From an uncultured Leptolinea sp. (GTDB lineage Bacteria; Chloroflexota; Anaerolineae; Anaerolineales; Anaerolineaceae), in assembly GCA_964446955.1 (NCBI GenBank), contig CAYUQJ010000007.1:103918-167917 (forward strand): a stretch of 64,000 nucleotides of DNA. Direction: 5' to 3'. Made by a program: the position numbers and the translations under genes. The first letter of the stretch is position 1; each line of letters begins with the position of its first letter. The notes under the pieces are model-generated. The model did not search any database and was not told where the DNA came from. It saw only the letters and a program-made list of their open reading frames with translations. This document shows positions 9,624 through 19,387 of this stretch, one piece after another.

Positions 9624-10589
9624 ATGACAGAACTGATTACCATCATTGGTCTGGACCGAATCGGGATCTCATTGGGGATGGCCATAAAGAAGAAAGAGCC
9701 ATCTATTGTTTGTGCCGGGTTTGATCAAAATCAGTTTCATACCCGCATGGCCGGGGAAAAAGCGGCATTTGACCGGATTGAGAACAATCTGCATAAGGCA
9801 GTGGAAAAAGCGGATATCGTCATTCTGAATTCCCTTCCTCTGGATGTGACCGAATGGATGGCGGATATCAGCCGGAGTATGAAAGAAGGTGCGATACTCG
9901 TGAGTATGGCACCGGTCCACGCGCTGGCGGGAAAATGGGCGGAGGAAAACCTTCCGGAAGGCAGATGGTTTATCAATGCGACATTCAGCATCAATGGACG
10001 GTTTCTGGATGACGAAGAGTGTTCAGCCGATTTGTTTACTGAAAGTGTGATGATACTCTCCGCACCGCCAAACACACATGAAGATGCTGTTCAAAAAATA
10101 CTTGACCTGGCAGCCGTAGTGGGTGCAAATCCCATGTTCTCCGATCCTGTAGAAGCAGATGGGTTTCTGTCACAATCAGATCTATTCCCGCGGATCGTAA
10201 ACCTGATGGTATTGCAGGGGTTAAAAAAGCAATCCGGTTGGTCTGACGCTCAAAAAATGACCGGATCGAACTTTTGGAATCTATCGAAAATGCTGTTTGA
10301 ATTTCCGTCCGGTGAATCTGCGCATTTCGAGATGAAAGCCCATAAGGCGAATATGCTGTCATTACTGGATATGCTCCGGAACCAGATCGATTCAATGCAG
10401 GAAACGCTTGAAAACGATGACAATATTGCTGTAGAGACGTCCATACAAAAAATGCTTGATGAGCACAATGTGTGGATGACACGTCGAAAGACCGGCAAGT
10501 GGGACGCGAAGGAAGCTGAAGAAGAAGCCAAACCCAAGGGGATCTGGCATAAGCTTTTTGGCATTCGCACACCCGGCAAAAAATCCTGA
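9624..10589 (+). CDS. Divergent prephenate/arogenate dehydrogenase (TyrA)-like protein
   Basis: N-terminal Rossmann-like ITIIGLDRIGISLG and ADIVIL, with overall TyrA layout; catalytic motifs are degenerate. Confidence 0.6.
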   Translation: MTELITIIGLDRIGISLGMAIKKKEPSIVCAGFDQNQFHTRMAGEKAAFDRIENNLHKAVEKADIVILNSLPLDVTEWMADISRSMKEGAILVSMAPVHALAGKWAEENLPEGRWFINATFSINGRFLDDEECSADLFTESVMILSAPPNTHEDAVQKILDLAAVVGANPMFSDPVEADGFLSQSDLFPRIVNLMVLQGLKKQSGWSDAQKMTGSNFWNLSKMLFEFPSGESAHFEMKAHKANMLSLLDMLRNQIDSMQETLENDDNIAVETSIQKMLDEHNVWMTRRKTGKWDAKEAEEEAKPKGIWHKLFGIRTPGKKS

Positions 10590-10596
10590 TCACAAC

Positions 10597-10857
10597 ATGG
10601 CATATTTTTGCTATATTGTTGAGTGCGCTGACGGGTCATATTACACCGGATGGAGCACAGACCCTGAAAGACGGTTAAAAGTTCATAACGCAGGCCGGGG
10701 AGCAAAGTATACCCGGCAGCATGGTCCGGTAAAACTGGTGTATGTTGAACCGGTGGAAAATCTTTCTGCCGCATTGAAACGGGAACGGGCAATAAAATCG
10801 CTGGATCACCGGCGCAAGTTTAAATTGGTGGAGGGTTATTCATCCACCAATCAATGA
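10597..10857 (+). CDS. GIY-YIG nuclease family protein (UPF0213)
   Basis: YIVECADGSYYTG.....RR...HN.G.GAKYTR...P..LVY.E....A.KRE..IK signature. Confidence 0.9.
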   Translation: MAYFCYIVECADGSYYTGWSTDPERRLKVHNAGRGAKYTRQHGPVKLVYVEPVENLSAALKRERAIKSLDHRRKFKLVEGYSSTNQ

Positions 10858-10876
10858 GTGAAAACGGATGTGAAAT

Positions 10877-10904
10877 AAAAAAACTCCCGGCAGATGACGG
10901 GAGT
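10877..10904 (-). terminator. Intrinsic terminator between convergent genes
   Basis: ACTCCCG/CGGGAGT stem preceded by an A-run (U-tract on the minus strand). Confidence 0.7.
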
Positions 10905-10922
10905 CTTGTTTGGATGACTATT

Positions 10923-11477
10923 TCAGTCTGTAAAGACGGGAAGATGGCCCAGGGAGATGATGTGTTCCCACTTGGCTCGTTCACCTTCCGTTAATATGGC
11001 AGCTTCGCCGGTTATCCTGGCATTTGCTTTCTCCATCAACAGACGCATTCCCTGGAGGGTTGAGCCGGTGCTGATGACATCATCCACAATTATGACTGAT
11101 TTGCCTTCCAACAATGCCTGGTCTTTTTCGTCGAGAAACAACGTCTGCGGCTGGCCGGTGGTGATGGATAATGTCTCTGCGGATTTGGCTTTACCCATGT
11201 AGGGCTTGTAACTCTTGCGCAGAACCACATATGGCTTACCGGTTTCTATGGAGAGAGAGTAGGCAAGTGGAATGCTCTTGGATTCGGCAGTAACCAATAC
11301 GTCAAATTCTTTTGATACCAGTTTTCCGGAAAGCTCTTTAGCGCAAGCCTGAACCAGTTCGGTGTCGCCAAGGATATTCAGAATGGCGATGCGAAGTCCG
11401 GGTTTGACTTCAAAAAGACGCAGATCGCGGTGTACTCCGGCAATATCAATCGGATAAACGGGACGTGAATCAGGCAT
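10923..11477 (-). CDS. Adenine/purine phosphoribosyltransferase family protein
   Basis: PRPP-binding loop IIVDDVISTGST, plus AESKSIPLA. Confidence 0.88.
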   Translation of the reverse strand: MPDSRPVYPIDIAGVHRDLRLFEVKPGLRIAILNILGDTELVQACAKELSGKLVSKEFDVLVTAESKSIPLAYSLSIETGKPYVVLRKSYKPYMGKAKSAETLSITTGQPQTLFLDEKDQALLEGKSVIIVDDVISTGSTLQGMRLLMEKANARITGEAAILTEGERAKWEHIISLGHLPVFTD

Positions 11478-11571
11478 ATTCTTCCTCCGGCAGGGGATTT
11501 AGTTATTGAATCTTTGAAATAATGGCTTAAATTGTATTATAAACCCTGTAAGAGACAGCTCGAGTGATAGA

Positions 11572-11642
11572 ATCGGTACGTGCCGGGGACGCCGACCCCG
11601 GCACGTACATAAGGAGGAGAAGAAGAAGAGAAGTCGCCCTTT
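11572..11642 (-). ncRNA. Candidate small RNA with CU-rich anti-SD tract and 13-bp GC hairpin
   Basis: Minus strand: TGGTATATT extended -10, then CUUCUCUUCUUCUUCUCCUCCUU, then the perfect stem GTACGTGCCGGGG/CCCCGGCACGTAC (11576-11608). Confidence 0.5.
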
Positions 11643-11750
11643 GAATCTAATATACCAGCCACGGTTATACGAAGCTTGACGCTTTCCCTACGATTAACCT
11701 ACGGCGAGATAACAATTTCATAAATTTCACATGAAAGAAATGTAAACAAA

Positions 11751-12683
11751 ATGACGGAAGATACTCCAAATTACAAAGCGGGTTACGTGGCGCTGGCCGG
11801 TCGGCCGAATGTGGGCAAATCGACGCTGGTTAATTCCCTGCTCAAACAAAAAATCGCGGCGGTTTCCTCCAAGCCACAAACTACACGTCGGCGGCAGCTT
11901 GGCATTTTAACCCTTCCACAGGCGCAGATCATCTTTGTGGATGCCCCCGGAATTCATTTGCAGCATCATAAGCTGGGCGAAGCATTGAATTTGACGGCAG
12001 AAGAGGTCATCAGCGATGTGGATATTGTCGCCTGGATGGTGGATGGTTCTGCCGAACCGTCGGGTGATGACCTTCAGGCGCGTGATATGGTGGTACGTGG
12101 CAAACGCCGGAAAAAATTGTTGGTAATCAATAAGATGGACCGGGTTCCCGAAGAGAACCGCGCGGTGGCTGTTGACCGCTATCAATGTCTGCTACCTGAA
12201 GCCCGCCCCTTGGTCATCTCCGCCGAGACCGGTGAAGGGTTGGAGGATCTCATTGCCGCTATCATCGAGTTGTTGCCTGAACATCCAACGTATTTTGAGG
12301 ATGATGAGATCACAGATCTTTATGAACGGGAGATCGCGTCTGATTTGATCCGTGAAGCCGCGTTGAAGCATTTGCGGGAAGAAGTGCCGCACGCCCTTGC
12401 CGTGCGCATAGATGAATTCAAGGAACGGGATGACGGTAAGACTTATGTGGCAGCCACACTTTTTGTCGAACGTGAATCGCAAAAAGGGATCGTCATCGGT
12501 CAGAAAGCTGAGATGCTTAAAAAAATTGGAACCAGCGCACGTTTGGAAATGGAAAAGATGAGCGAACGCTCGATATTTCTGGAGTTGCGCGTAAAAGTGG
12601 CAAAAGGTTGGCGCGACGATCCGGATTTCCTCACCCGTCTCGGTTTTGAAACAACAACCAAGGCAAAGCGAACGAAAAGGTAG
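11751..12683 (+). CDS. era: GTPase Era
   Basis: GRPNVGKS, PQTTR, DAPG, NKMD, ISA and KH-domain SQKGIVIG motifs. Confidence 0.96.
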   Translation: MTEDTPNYKAGYVALAGRPNVGKSTLVNSLLKQKIAAVSSKPQTTRRRQLGILTLPQAQIIFVDAPGIHLQHHKLGEALNLTAEEVISDVDIVAWMVDGSAEPSGDDLQARDMVVRGKRRKKLLVINKMDRVPEENRAVAVDRYQCLLPEARPLVISAETGEGLEDLIAAIIELLPEHPTYFEDDEITDLYEREIASDLIREAALKHLREEVPHALAVRIDEFKERDDGKTYVAATLFVERESQKGIVIGQKAEMLKKIGTSARLEMEKMSERSIFLELRVKVAKGWRDDPDFLTRLGFETTTKAKRTKR

Positions 12684-12754
12684 AATTAACATAGTTTCCG
12701 GGACGTGCACTTGGATGTATCTGTTAAACACCCTGCATCATATGGAGAATTCCC

Positions 12755-13228
12755 ATGAAAATAGCCATTGGCAGCGATCACGCGGCATTTGCCCTTAAAG
12801 AGGTAGTAAGGAAGCACCTAATTGATTCCGGACATGACGTCAAAGACCTTGGAGCGTACACACCGGACCGGACGGATTATCCGGTCTATGGCGAAAAAGT
12901 TGCCCGTTATGTTGTGTCCGGGCAGGCAGAGTATGGCGTGGTGATCTGTGGAACAGGGGCGGGAATTTCCATATCAGCCAACAAGGTTCCCGGAGCACGC
13001 TGTGTACTGGCCACCGAACCCTACACGGCAGTCCTTTCGCGTCGTCACAATGATGCAAATTTGCTGGCCATGGGCGCTCGGGTCATTGGTGAAGGCCTGG
13101 CCTGTATGATCGTTGACCAATTCCTGGAAGCTGAATTTGAAGGCGGCCGGCACGCGGAACGGGTGGCACTCATTACCAAACTGGATGAAAATCGAGATTC
13201 AAAGACGAACGTTCTTTCGCAGGATTAA
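12755..13228 (+). CDS. rpiB: Ribose-5-phosphate isomerase B family
   Basis: GSDHA, DYP, CGTGAG, ANKVPG, HNDAN and FEGGRH motifs. Confidence 0.92.
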   Translation: MKIAIGSDHAAFALKEVVRKHLIDSGHDVKDLGAYTPDRTDYPVYGEKVARYVVSGQAEYGVVICGTGAGISISANKVPGARCVLATEPYTAVLSRRHNDANLLAMGARVIGEGLACMIVDQFLEAEFEGGRHAERVALITKLDENRDSKTNVLSQD

Positions 13229-13231
13229 TTC

Positions 13232-13915
13232 ATGTCCCTGATGTACGCGGAGACGCGTGAACGTATTGCCGAGCTTGGAAAGTTGATGTTCGACAGAAAA
13301 CTTTCCGACACAGCGGGCGGGAATATCTCTGCCCGTGTGGGTTCTCATATCTGTATCACACCCCGATTCGCGGGAAGCAAACGCCTGTGGCATTTGCGGC
13401 CTGAGCAGGTGCTGGTTACCGAACCGGACGGTAGAAAACTTGACGGCGATGGGGAGATTTCCCGTGAGGCAAAAGTACACTACGCGCTCTTAAATGCGTT
13501 TCCACAATCCGGTGCGGTTGTCCATTCACACACGTTGAACATCATGGTTTTTTGCTGTGCCAACCGGTCAATGCCACCGGTGATGGAAGCCACCCAAAAA
13601 TATGGTGAAATACCGGTATGCCCTTACGCGACCGCACATTCCGGTTTGTTGGCGCAATATCTGCTGGATTTATTCAATGGTCAGGACGATCGTATCCGAA
13701 CATGCGGCGCGGCGGTCATGGCGGCTTACCACGGTCTATTTACTCTGGCACCGGACCTTGAAACAGCTTTTGATGCCACAGAGCGATTGGACCGTAATGC
13801 GTTTATTATCTTGCAGGCACGCAGCCTTATGCCGGCATATACTGACCCCGGGGATGTTATATCGAAAACCTGCGCGGATACCATTTCCCGATTTAAAGCG
13901 GACCATAACGCCTGA
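13232..13915 (+). CDS. Class II aldolase/adducin family protein
   Basis: GGNISAR, SRE..VH, VVHSH and HGL metal-binding pattern. Confidence 0.88.
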   Translation: MSLMYAETRERIAELGKLMFDRKLSDTAGGNISARVGSHICITPRFAGSKRLWHLRPEQVLVTEPDGRKLDGDGEISREAKVHYALLNAFPQSGAVVHSHTLNIMVFCCANRSMPPVMEATQKYGEIPVCPYATAHSGLLAQYLLDLFNGQDDRIRTCGAAVMAAYHGLFTLAPDLETAFDATERLDRNAFIILQARSLMPAYTDPGDVISKTCADTISRFKADHNA

Positions 13916-13920
13916 TCGGT

Positions 13921-14856
13921 ATGATTGTTACTGTTAACCCCAACACTTGCCTCGACCGCACATTGGTCGTTCCAGAGTTCCATTTGAACAAAACCATCCG
14001 GGCAAGTCGCTGCGCGCTTGGAATGGGTGGGAAAGCGGCGGATGCTTCATGGATACTGGGCGAATACGGGATAACAAGCCTGGCGTTGGGATTTGCGGCT
14101 GGTGATACCGGAACCCGGATGGAGCAAATGCTTCGGGAAAAAGGTGTTCAAACTGATTTCACACAAGTGGATGGGGAAACCCGGGTCCATACCGTGGTTG
14201 TTCTGGAAGATGGCAGTGGACAGACCACATTTGCGGTACCGTCCCTTATTGTGCGTCCGGAACATGTCACAGATTTGGAATGTCGCTATGATCGGGCGCT
14301 TGGTAAAGCGACCTGTGTGGTGATCGGCGGCACACTGCCACAGGGTGTGCCCGACTCTTTATATAAACAGATGATTTTAAAAGCTGAAGGCAGGAATATC
14401 CCGGTAATACTGGATGCCAGTGGTCCCTGCCTGGCAGCGGGGCTTGAAGGGCATCCAACCATTATCAAGCCAAACCAGGCTGAACTTGAAGAGTTATCCG
14501 GATGTCCACTCAATACGGATGGCGAAGTTATCAGGTTTTGCGAAGAGATTGGCAAACAGTATGGAAGTATGGTTATCGTTTCTCTTGGAGATGATGGTAT
14601 GCTGGCCGTGCTGCCGGAGAAAGTTTACCGGATACCCGTGCTGCCTGTCAGGATCGTTTCCACGGCCGGAGCAGGTGATGGTATTCTGGCTGGATTGGCA
14701 GCCGCCCTGTCATCAGGTTGGCCACTGGAAGAGGGCTTGAAATTGGGAACAGCCATGGCAGCCGCGGTTTGCATGCAGCTTGCCACGGCAGATTGCCGCA
14801 GGGAGGATATTGAGCGGTTATTGCCTCTTGTCAAGTTACTGCCGGTTGATAAATAA
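13921..14856 (+). CDS. 1-phosphofructokinase/LacC-type PfkB sugar kinase
   Basis: MIVTVNPN..LD, GGKA, LDASG, IKPNQAEL and STAGAGD motifs. Confidence 0.9.
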   Translation: MIVTVNPNTCLDRTLVVPEFHLNKTIRASRCALGMGGKAADASWILGEYGITSLALGFAAGDTGTRMEQMLREKGVQTDFTQVDGETRVHTVVVLEDGSGQTTFAVPSLIVRPEHVTDLECRYDRALGKATCVVIGGTLPQGVPDSLYKQMILKAEGRNIPVILDASGPCLAAGLEGHPTIIKPNQAELEELSGCPLNTDGEVIRFCEEIGKQYGSMVIVSLGDDGMLAVLPEKVYRIPVLPVRIVSTAGAGDGILAGLAAALSSGWPLEEGLKLGTAMAAAVCMQLATADCRREDIERLLPLVKLLPVDK

Positions 14857-14886
14857 AAAACTGGAAGCGCTGGGCTTCCAGTTTTT
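14856..14886. terminator. Bidirectional intrinsic terminator
   Basis: AAAAACTGGAAGC-gctgg-GCTTCCAGTTTTT between convergent stop codons. Confidence 0.85.
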
Positions 14887-14889
14887 GAA

Positions 14890-16350
14890 CTATGGACGTC
14901 GCCGCCGGACCTTCGAAGTCGGTTTCATTTCTGTTCCGATATAAATACCCATTGCCGGAAGGATCCCGCGGTGGAAGATCAGGATTATCACCGTTGTCAC
15001 AATGGCTGCCCCAAACACAAGCAGTGAACTGGATAATCTGTTCATGATAAATGGATCAACCAGCATGGCGATTGCCAGGGCAAGCATCAGTGTTCCACCG
15101 ATCAGTTTAAGGATGCGGCCATGTTTTTCTTCCAGTTTCGATGATTTTAGTGTAACAACAGCCGTCATAAAGATGGCAAATTCATCCAACTGGTATATGG
15201 CGATGTAAAGAAGAAGGAGCAGAATAAAGGTCAGTGGGGCGATTTGGTGGGCGGAAAGTAAATTGGTCCAAACAACCGGAAATCCAGCCGTGCAGGCAAA
15301 TTCCACAAGGGATACACCGGCTGCCAAAACAACTGTGGCACATACCAGACCCCAGAAGGAATTGCTCTCGTTAACCACCTTCCGCATTTTTTGATATAGA
15401 CCGGTTTTGTTCTCGTCCGCAATAGTGAAGGATAGCCCTTCTTTAAACCAGAAGTAATCTTTGATATTCACGATCGCGAAGAACAGAGCAACCAGTGAGA
15501 CAGCGATCTGAATCCAACCCATTGAACTAAGCAGGGTTATGGCACTGAAAATCCCAAGGATAAACAGACCGTAAACGAAAGCTGTCACCGTGATAAATAC
15601 AACACCGATGATCATCACTTTTTTTCGCGAGCCGCTATGCAGGCTGATTGCCAAAAGCATGGTTAATGCCCAGATGGAACAGGGGTTTACTCCATCAACA
15701 AGGGCAATCAAAAGAGTCGCGATCACCATCGATTGCTGTTCAAGGTCGACTGGCCCAATCAGGGGGAGATCCAATGTGTAGACACCATATGATTCGGCAG
15801 AGGTTTCCACGGGTTCCGGTTCAGCGGCCTGCGCTTCAACCATGGCCGCTTCGAGCGCGGCCTGTACTTCGGACAGTGGAACGCCAGCGGCTATCTCTTC
15901 TTCTGTCAGAATCCCTTCAGCTGGATCTCTACAACCTTCAACCGAGCATGTTTTGATTGCTTCTTCTATTTCTTTTGCATAGCCATCTGAGAAACCGATC
16001 CAGTATTTGTCATCGATAATGGCAATGGGAACGCCTGCTGCTTCAAATCCATTCCCGATGGCCAGCTTATCCATGATCTCCAGGTTCCCCGCCGTGTAAT
16101 ACACTTCGTAGGTGCGGACTTCAAGGTTCGGATAAAGCTGTTCCTGAGTCGCAAGGAATTCTTTTTCAGCCGCGCAATGAGGGCAACCATTTCCCCAGAT
16201 AAAGACCACTACAACGTTATTCTCTTTGTTATCGTTCTTCGCGGCAACTTTTCCGGGAATAAGAAAGGCTACTGAAACCGCAAGCATTAAACAGGTTAAT
16301 GTGAGTAATATGTATCGCAAATAATTCTTTTTCCACATGTTGAAACTCAT
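14890..16350 (-). CDS. Exported thioredoxin/glutaredoxin domain fused to a DsbD/CcdA-like membrane domain
   Basis: Signal-like N-terminus, CPHC, and membrane cysteines in DGVNPCS and EFACTAG. Confidence 0.8.
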   Translation of the reverse strand: MSFNMWKKNYLRYILLTLTCLMLAVSVAFLIPGKVAAKNDNKENNVVVVFIWGNGCPHCAAEKEFLATQEQLYPNLEVRTYEVYYTAGNLEIMDKLAIGNGFEAAGVPIAIIDDKYWIGFSDGYAKEIEEAIKTCSVEGCRDPAEGILTEEEIAAGVPLSEVQAALEAAMVEAQAAEPEPVETSAESYGVYTLDLPLIGPVDLEQQSMVIATLLIALVDGVNPCSIWALTMLLAISLHSGSRKKVMIIGVVFITVTAFVYGLFILGIFSAITLLSSMGWIQIAVSLVALFFAIVNIKDYFWFKEGLSFTIADENKTGLYQKMRKVVNESNSFWGLVCATVVLAAGVSLVEFACTAGFPVVWTNLLSAHQIAPLTFILLLLLYIAIYQLDEFAIFMTAVVTLKSSKLEEKHGRILKLIGGTLMLALAIAMLVDPFIMNRLSSSLLVFGAAIVTTVIILIFHRGILPAMGIYIGTEMKPTSKVRRRRP

Positions 16351-16520
16351 CCTTCTAAGTAAGAATGCTTTTTGTACACAATTTTTTGGATATTATAGTC
16401 CAACGATTTAAGGTTCTTCAACGGGTACAAAACGCATCATGTTTGGGCTTGACTGTGATCTGAATAAAGACTTTTTTTCCTGGATTATTATAAATATGAA
16501 TGGTATCTCTTTTCAATAAA

Positions 16521-17855
16521 TTACCGAAGGCTTTTCAGTTTTTGTTGCGCGTATAGTCGTAAAGCATCCAGGGTAGGCGCATTCTGTGTCCAAAGAGAAC
16601 ACTCACGATAAGCAGCCTTAGCCTCATTGATTTTACCCAATCTGGCAAGCAGGTCAGCCTGATCACATTTTAATTGAGCCCATTCAATTTGTTGCGGTTC
16701 GGTTACCAGTGAAGCGGCTTTGGCGTAGGCCTCAGATGCCAGTACCGGACGTTCGTCATTCAATAATTCGACGGCAACTGACTGACAGCTTTCCACTGTA
16801 GTACAACGTCGGATTCCTGTCAGCGTGGATTGTCGGGTAGACCATATCATAATACCCGCCAGCACCAGAAAAAAGAGGAACACAATCGCGTAGGGTAACC
16901 ATTTATGTGATTTCGCGGACTCTCCGGGTTTGGTTATCCGTTTGCCCCAGGTCCTGACAGTCGGTTTTGCAGTATGTGCTTTTTCTTGGGTTGGATTGTC
17001 AATTCGGTTTTTGGAACAAACCGCGGAGAAGGTATTGATGAGCTCTGCCGCGGTATCAAAGCGACCAACCGGGTCTTTGCTTAGTGCTTTCTCAAGCACT
17101 GGTTCGATTTGGTGAGGCAGGTCTTTTCGAAAAGACAGAACAGATGGTGCCGGTTCATGCACTTGTTTGTGCAGGACAACAATGGGAGATTCTGCTTCAA
17201 AGGGAACCTGACCCGTCAGCATTTCGAACAGGATTACACCGAGTGAATAGATATCGCTTGATGCAGTCAATGATTCGTCGCTGCCCTGTTCGGGTGACAT
17301 GTACGCCGGTGTACCCATTATGGCACCGCTTCGTGTTATTCCCGACTGGCCTATGATGCGGGCAATCCCGAAATCGGACAAGAAGGCGTTGCCAGACTTG
17401 TCCAGCAGGATATTTGACGGCTTGAGGTCCCGGTGAAGCATCCCCTGACTGTGCGCGTAATCCAACGCGCTGGCAATCTGTGAAAGAATACGCGAAATTA
17501 CTCTAAAGGACAAATACTTGCCCGTCTCCTTTTGTTTATCCAATAGTTCCTTTAGTGTTCCCCCGTTAATATATTCCATAACCATGTAAAGACGGTCTTT
17601 CTGCGTGTCAAAATCATAGACCTGAACAATGTTTGTGTGACGAAGGTTGGCTGCCAGCCTGGCTTCGCGCTCAAACCGGGCAATAAAATCAGAATCATTC
17701 GCAAGGGAAGAATGTAGAATCTTGACCGCCACTGTCCGATCCAGTTTTTCATGGCGTCCGCGGTAAACTTCGGCCATTCCACCCTTACCTATTCGGTCAA
17801 TTATTCGGTATTTCCCCAATAGATCGCCGGGTTTGGTGATCTGCGATAATGACAT
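16521..17855 (-). CDS. Hanks-type Ser/Thr protein kinase with TM helix and small Cys-containing TPR-like external domain
   Basis: GKGGMAEV, VAVK, HRDLKPSN, DFG and GTPAYMSPE motifs, then a hydrophobic helix. Confidence 0.93.
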   Translation of the reverse strand: MSLSQITKPGDLLGKYRIIDRIGKGGMAEVYRGRHEKLDRTVAVKILHSSLANDSDFIARFEREARLAANLRHTNIVQVYDFDTQKDRLYMVMEYINGGTLKELLDKQKETGKYLSFRVISRILSQIASALDYAHSQGMLHRDLKPSNILLDKSGNAFLSDFGIARIIGQSGITRSGAIMGTPAYMSPEQGSDESLTASSDIYSLGVILFEMLTGQVPFEAESPIVVLHKQVHEPAPSVLSFRKDLPHQIEPVLEKALSKDPVGRFDTAAELINTFSAVCSKNRIDNPTQEKAHTAKPTVRTWGKRITKPGESAKSHKWLPYAIVFLFFLVLAGIMIWSTRQSTLTGIRRCTTVESCQSVAVELLNDERPVLASEAYAKAASLVTEPQQIEWAQLKCDQADLLARLGKINEAKAAYRECSLWTQNAPTLDALRLYAQQKLKSLR

Positions 17856-17928
17856 GGTCTACCTGTCTCGAAAGTGGATGTACGATTTTCCCGATAGCTG
17901 ATTTTTGGGATGAAAAAAAGGGATTTGA

Positions 17929-18747
17929 TTAGCCGGCCAGTTCAATATTCTCGGCATGGAATCGCTCCTGAATACGATCCATCAATTGCAGACGAAGCTC
18001 TGCTGCTTTTCCGAATAAGGCTTTAGCGATTACTTTGATCTCCACTTTGCTGCCTGATAGATTATCGGAGCCAACAATTTGGAAAGGTTCAAGCAGATCT
18101 TCCATTGTGGAGAAGTTTTCGTTGCTGATCGTCCGCAGGACTTCTGTGGCGCGGCCTACATCTTGCGGAGAAACAAACAGGCTGATATTCGCGTTGGAAA
18201 ACTTTCCTCGGCTGAAATTCCGGACAATCCGTATCTCGCCGTTTGGAAGTGTATAGACTTCGCCGGTTGCCGCCCGGACCAATGTAGTGGTCAGGTTGAT
18301 TTCTTCCACGATACCCTGGATGTTACCTCCGGGGATAAAGAATTCAACTTTCTCACCGATATCAAACGTCACATTGAAAATGAAGCTCATCCCTGCGAGC
18401 AGATCACTGATCAACGGTTTTGCTCCCAGACCAAAAGCGGCAGAGAAAAGTCCAATGATCCAGATGAGGGTGGTCATGGGTACGAACAGCGACATGGATG
18501 CCAAAATAGCCAGGACAAAAGCGAGCAATGTAATACCGCTGGTGAGAAGAGATTTCAATGTCCGGGTGCGTTCAAGTGATGGACGGCGTTGTTTGGGCGC
18601 AAAACGGGCGAGCGAAACTGCCCGGCGAGCCAGCATCCCCCCAAGGGATGAAATGATAAAAGCTGCCACGAAAAACGCCAGTATGATAATCAGGGTCTCA
18701 AGACTTACTTTGTTTATAGTTATCTGTCCGTTTTCAAAAGTACCCAT
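17929..18747 (-). CDS. MscS family mechanosensitive channel
   Basis: AFGLGAKPLISDLLAG, G.VEEINL.TT and LPNG..R.V.NFSR motifs. Confidence 0.85.
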   Translation of the reverse strand: MGTFENGQITINKVSLETLIIILAFFVAAFIISSLGGMLARRAVSLARFAPKQRRPSLERTRTLKSLLTSGITLLAFVLAILASMSLFVPMTTLIWIIGLFSAAFGLGAKPLISDLLAGMSFIFNVTFDIGEKVEFFIPGGNIQGIVEEINLTTTLVRAATGEVYTLPNGEIRIVRNFSRGKFSNANISLFVSPQDVGRATEVLRTISNENFSTMEDLLEPFQIVGSDNLSGSKVEIKVIAKALFGKAAELRLQLMDRIQERFHAENIELAG

Positions 18748-18752
18748 AATGG

Positions 18753-19289
18753 CTACTGCCTTGGTTCCGGGGTGATAATAGCAGGTTTAGACCTGCCCTG
18801 GGCGGATTGTATGACAATTCCGGCCAGAATCAGTACGAGCAGGATGATCAATCCGTTGGAGCCGGCAATGTCCAATCCGCGGATAATCAGAGTCGCACCG
18901 GCAAAACTGGATATGATCACCAGTGCGAGGTCAAACAGAATTTTTACCAAAAATATCCCTATCAGGCCGCCAACAAGGAATACAGCCCAGTTCCAATCCG
19001 GCATCGCGATTTTTAATGTATCAATCAGGGATATAGAAAGAAAACCGCCAGCGATGAAACCCGCAATCCCGACCATGATCTTTTGAAGTATTAGAGCCAG
19101 CACGGCGAATCCGCCACCGATGGCAACGGCCACGATCACCCTTTCCACCATACCTTCAGGATGGAGAAAGAATTCGGAAACAAACAGCCCTGCTGCAGCT
19201 CCGCATAGGCCAACAAAGAACCAGTATAATTTTTTGCCGGCAACCAGAAGCAATCCTCCCGCTGTTATTTGAAAAATGTTCGCAATCAT
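18753..19289 (-). CDS. DUF4203/TMEM198-like membrane protein
   Basis: G.KLYWFFVG, Gly-rich helices, SSFAGA..I and GIVIQ; GAGGTG RBS before the ATG at 19289. Confidence 0.7.
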   Translation of the reverse strand: MIANIFQITAGGLLLVAGKKLYWFFVGLCGAAAGLFVSEFFLHPEGMVERVIVAVAIGGGFAVLALILQKIMVGIAGFIAGGFLSISLIDTLKIAMPDWNWAVFLVGGLIGIFLVKILFDLALVIISSFAGATLIIRGLDIAGSNGLIILLVLILAGIVIQSAQGRSKPAIITPEPRQ

Positions 19290-19387
19290 ACGCACCTCAT
19301 GGAATGTCACATGAACTGTCTGCGCCATATGATACCGTATCTCACGTTATAATACCGTGATTCTGATTCCCTGTATGGACACAGCCA

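Noticed and set aside
10597-10857. GIY-YIG gene as a homing endonuclease or mobile element
   Set aside because: It is the small stand-alone UPF0213 type, with no intron context or flanking repeats.
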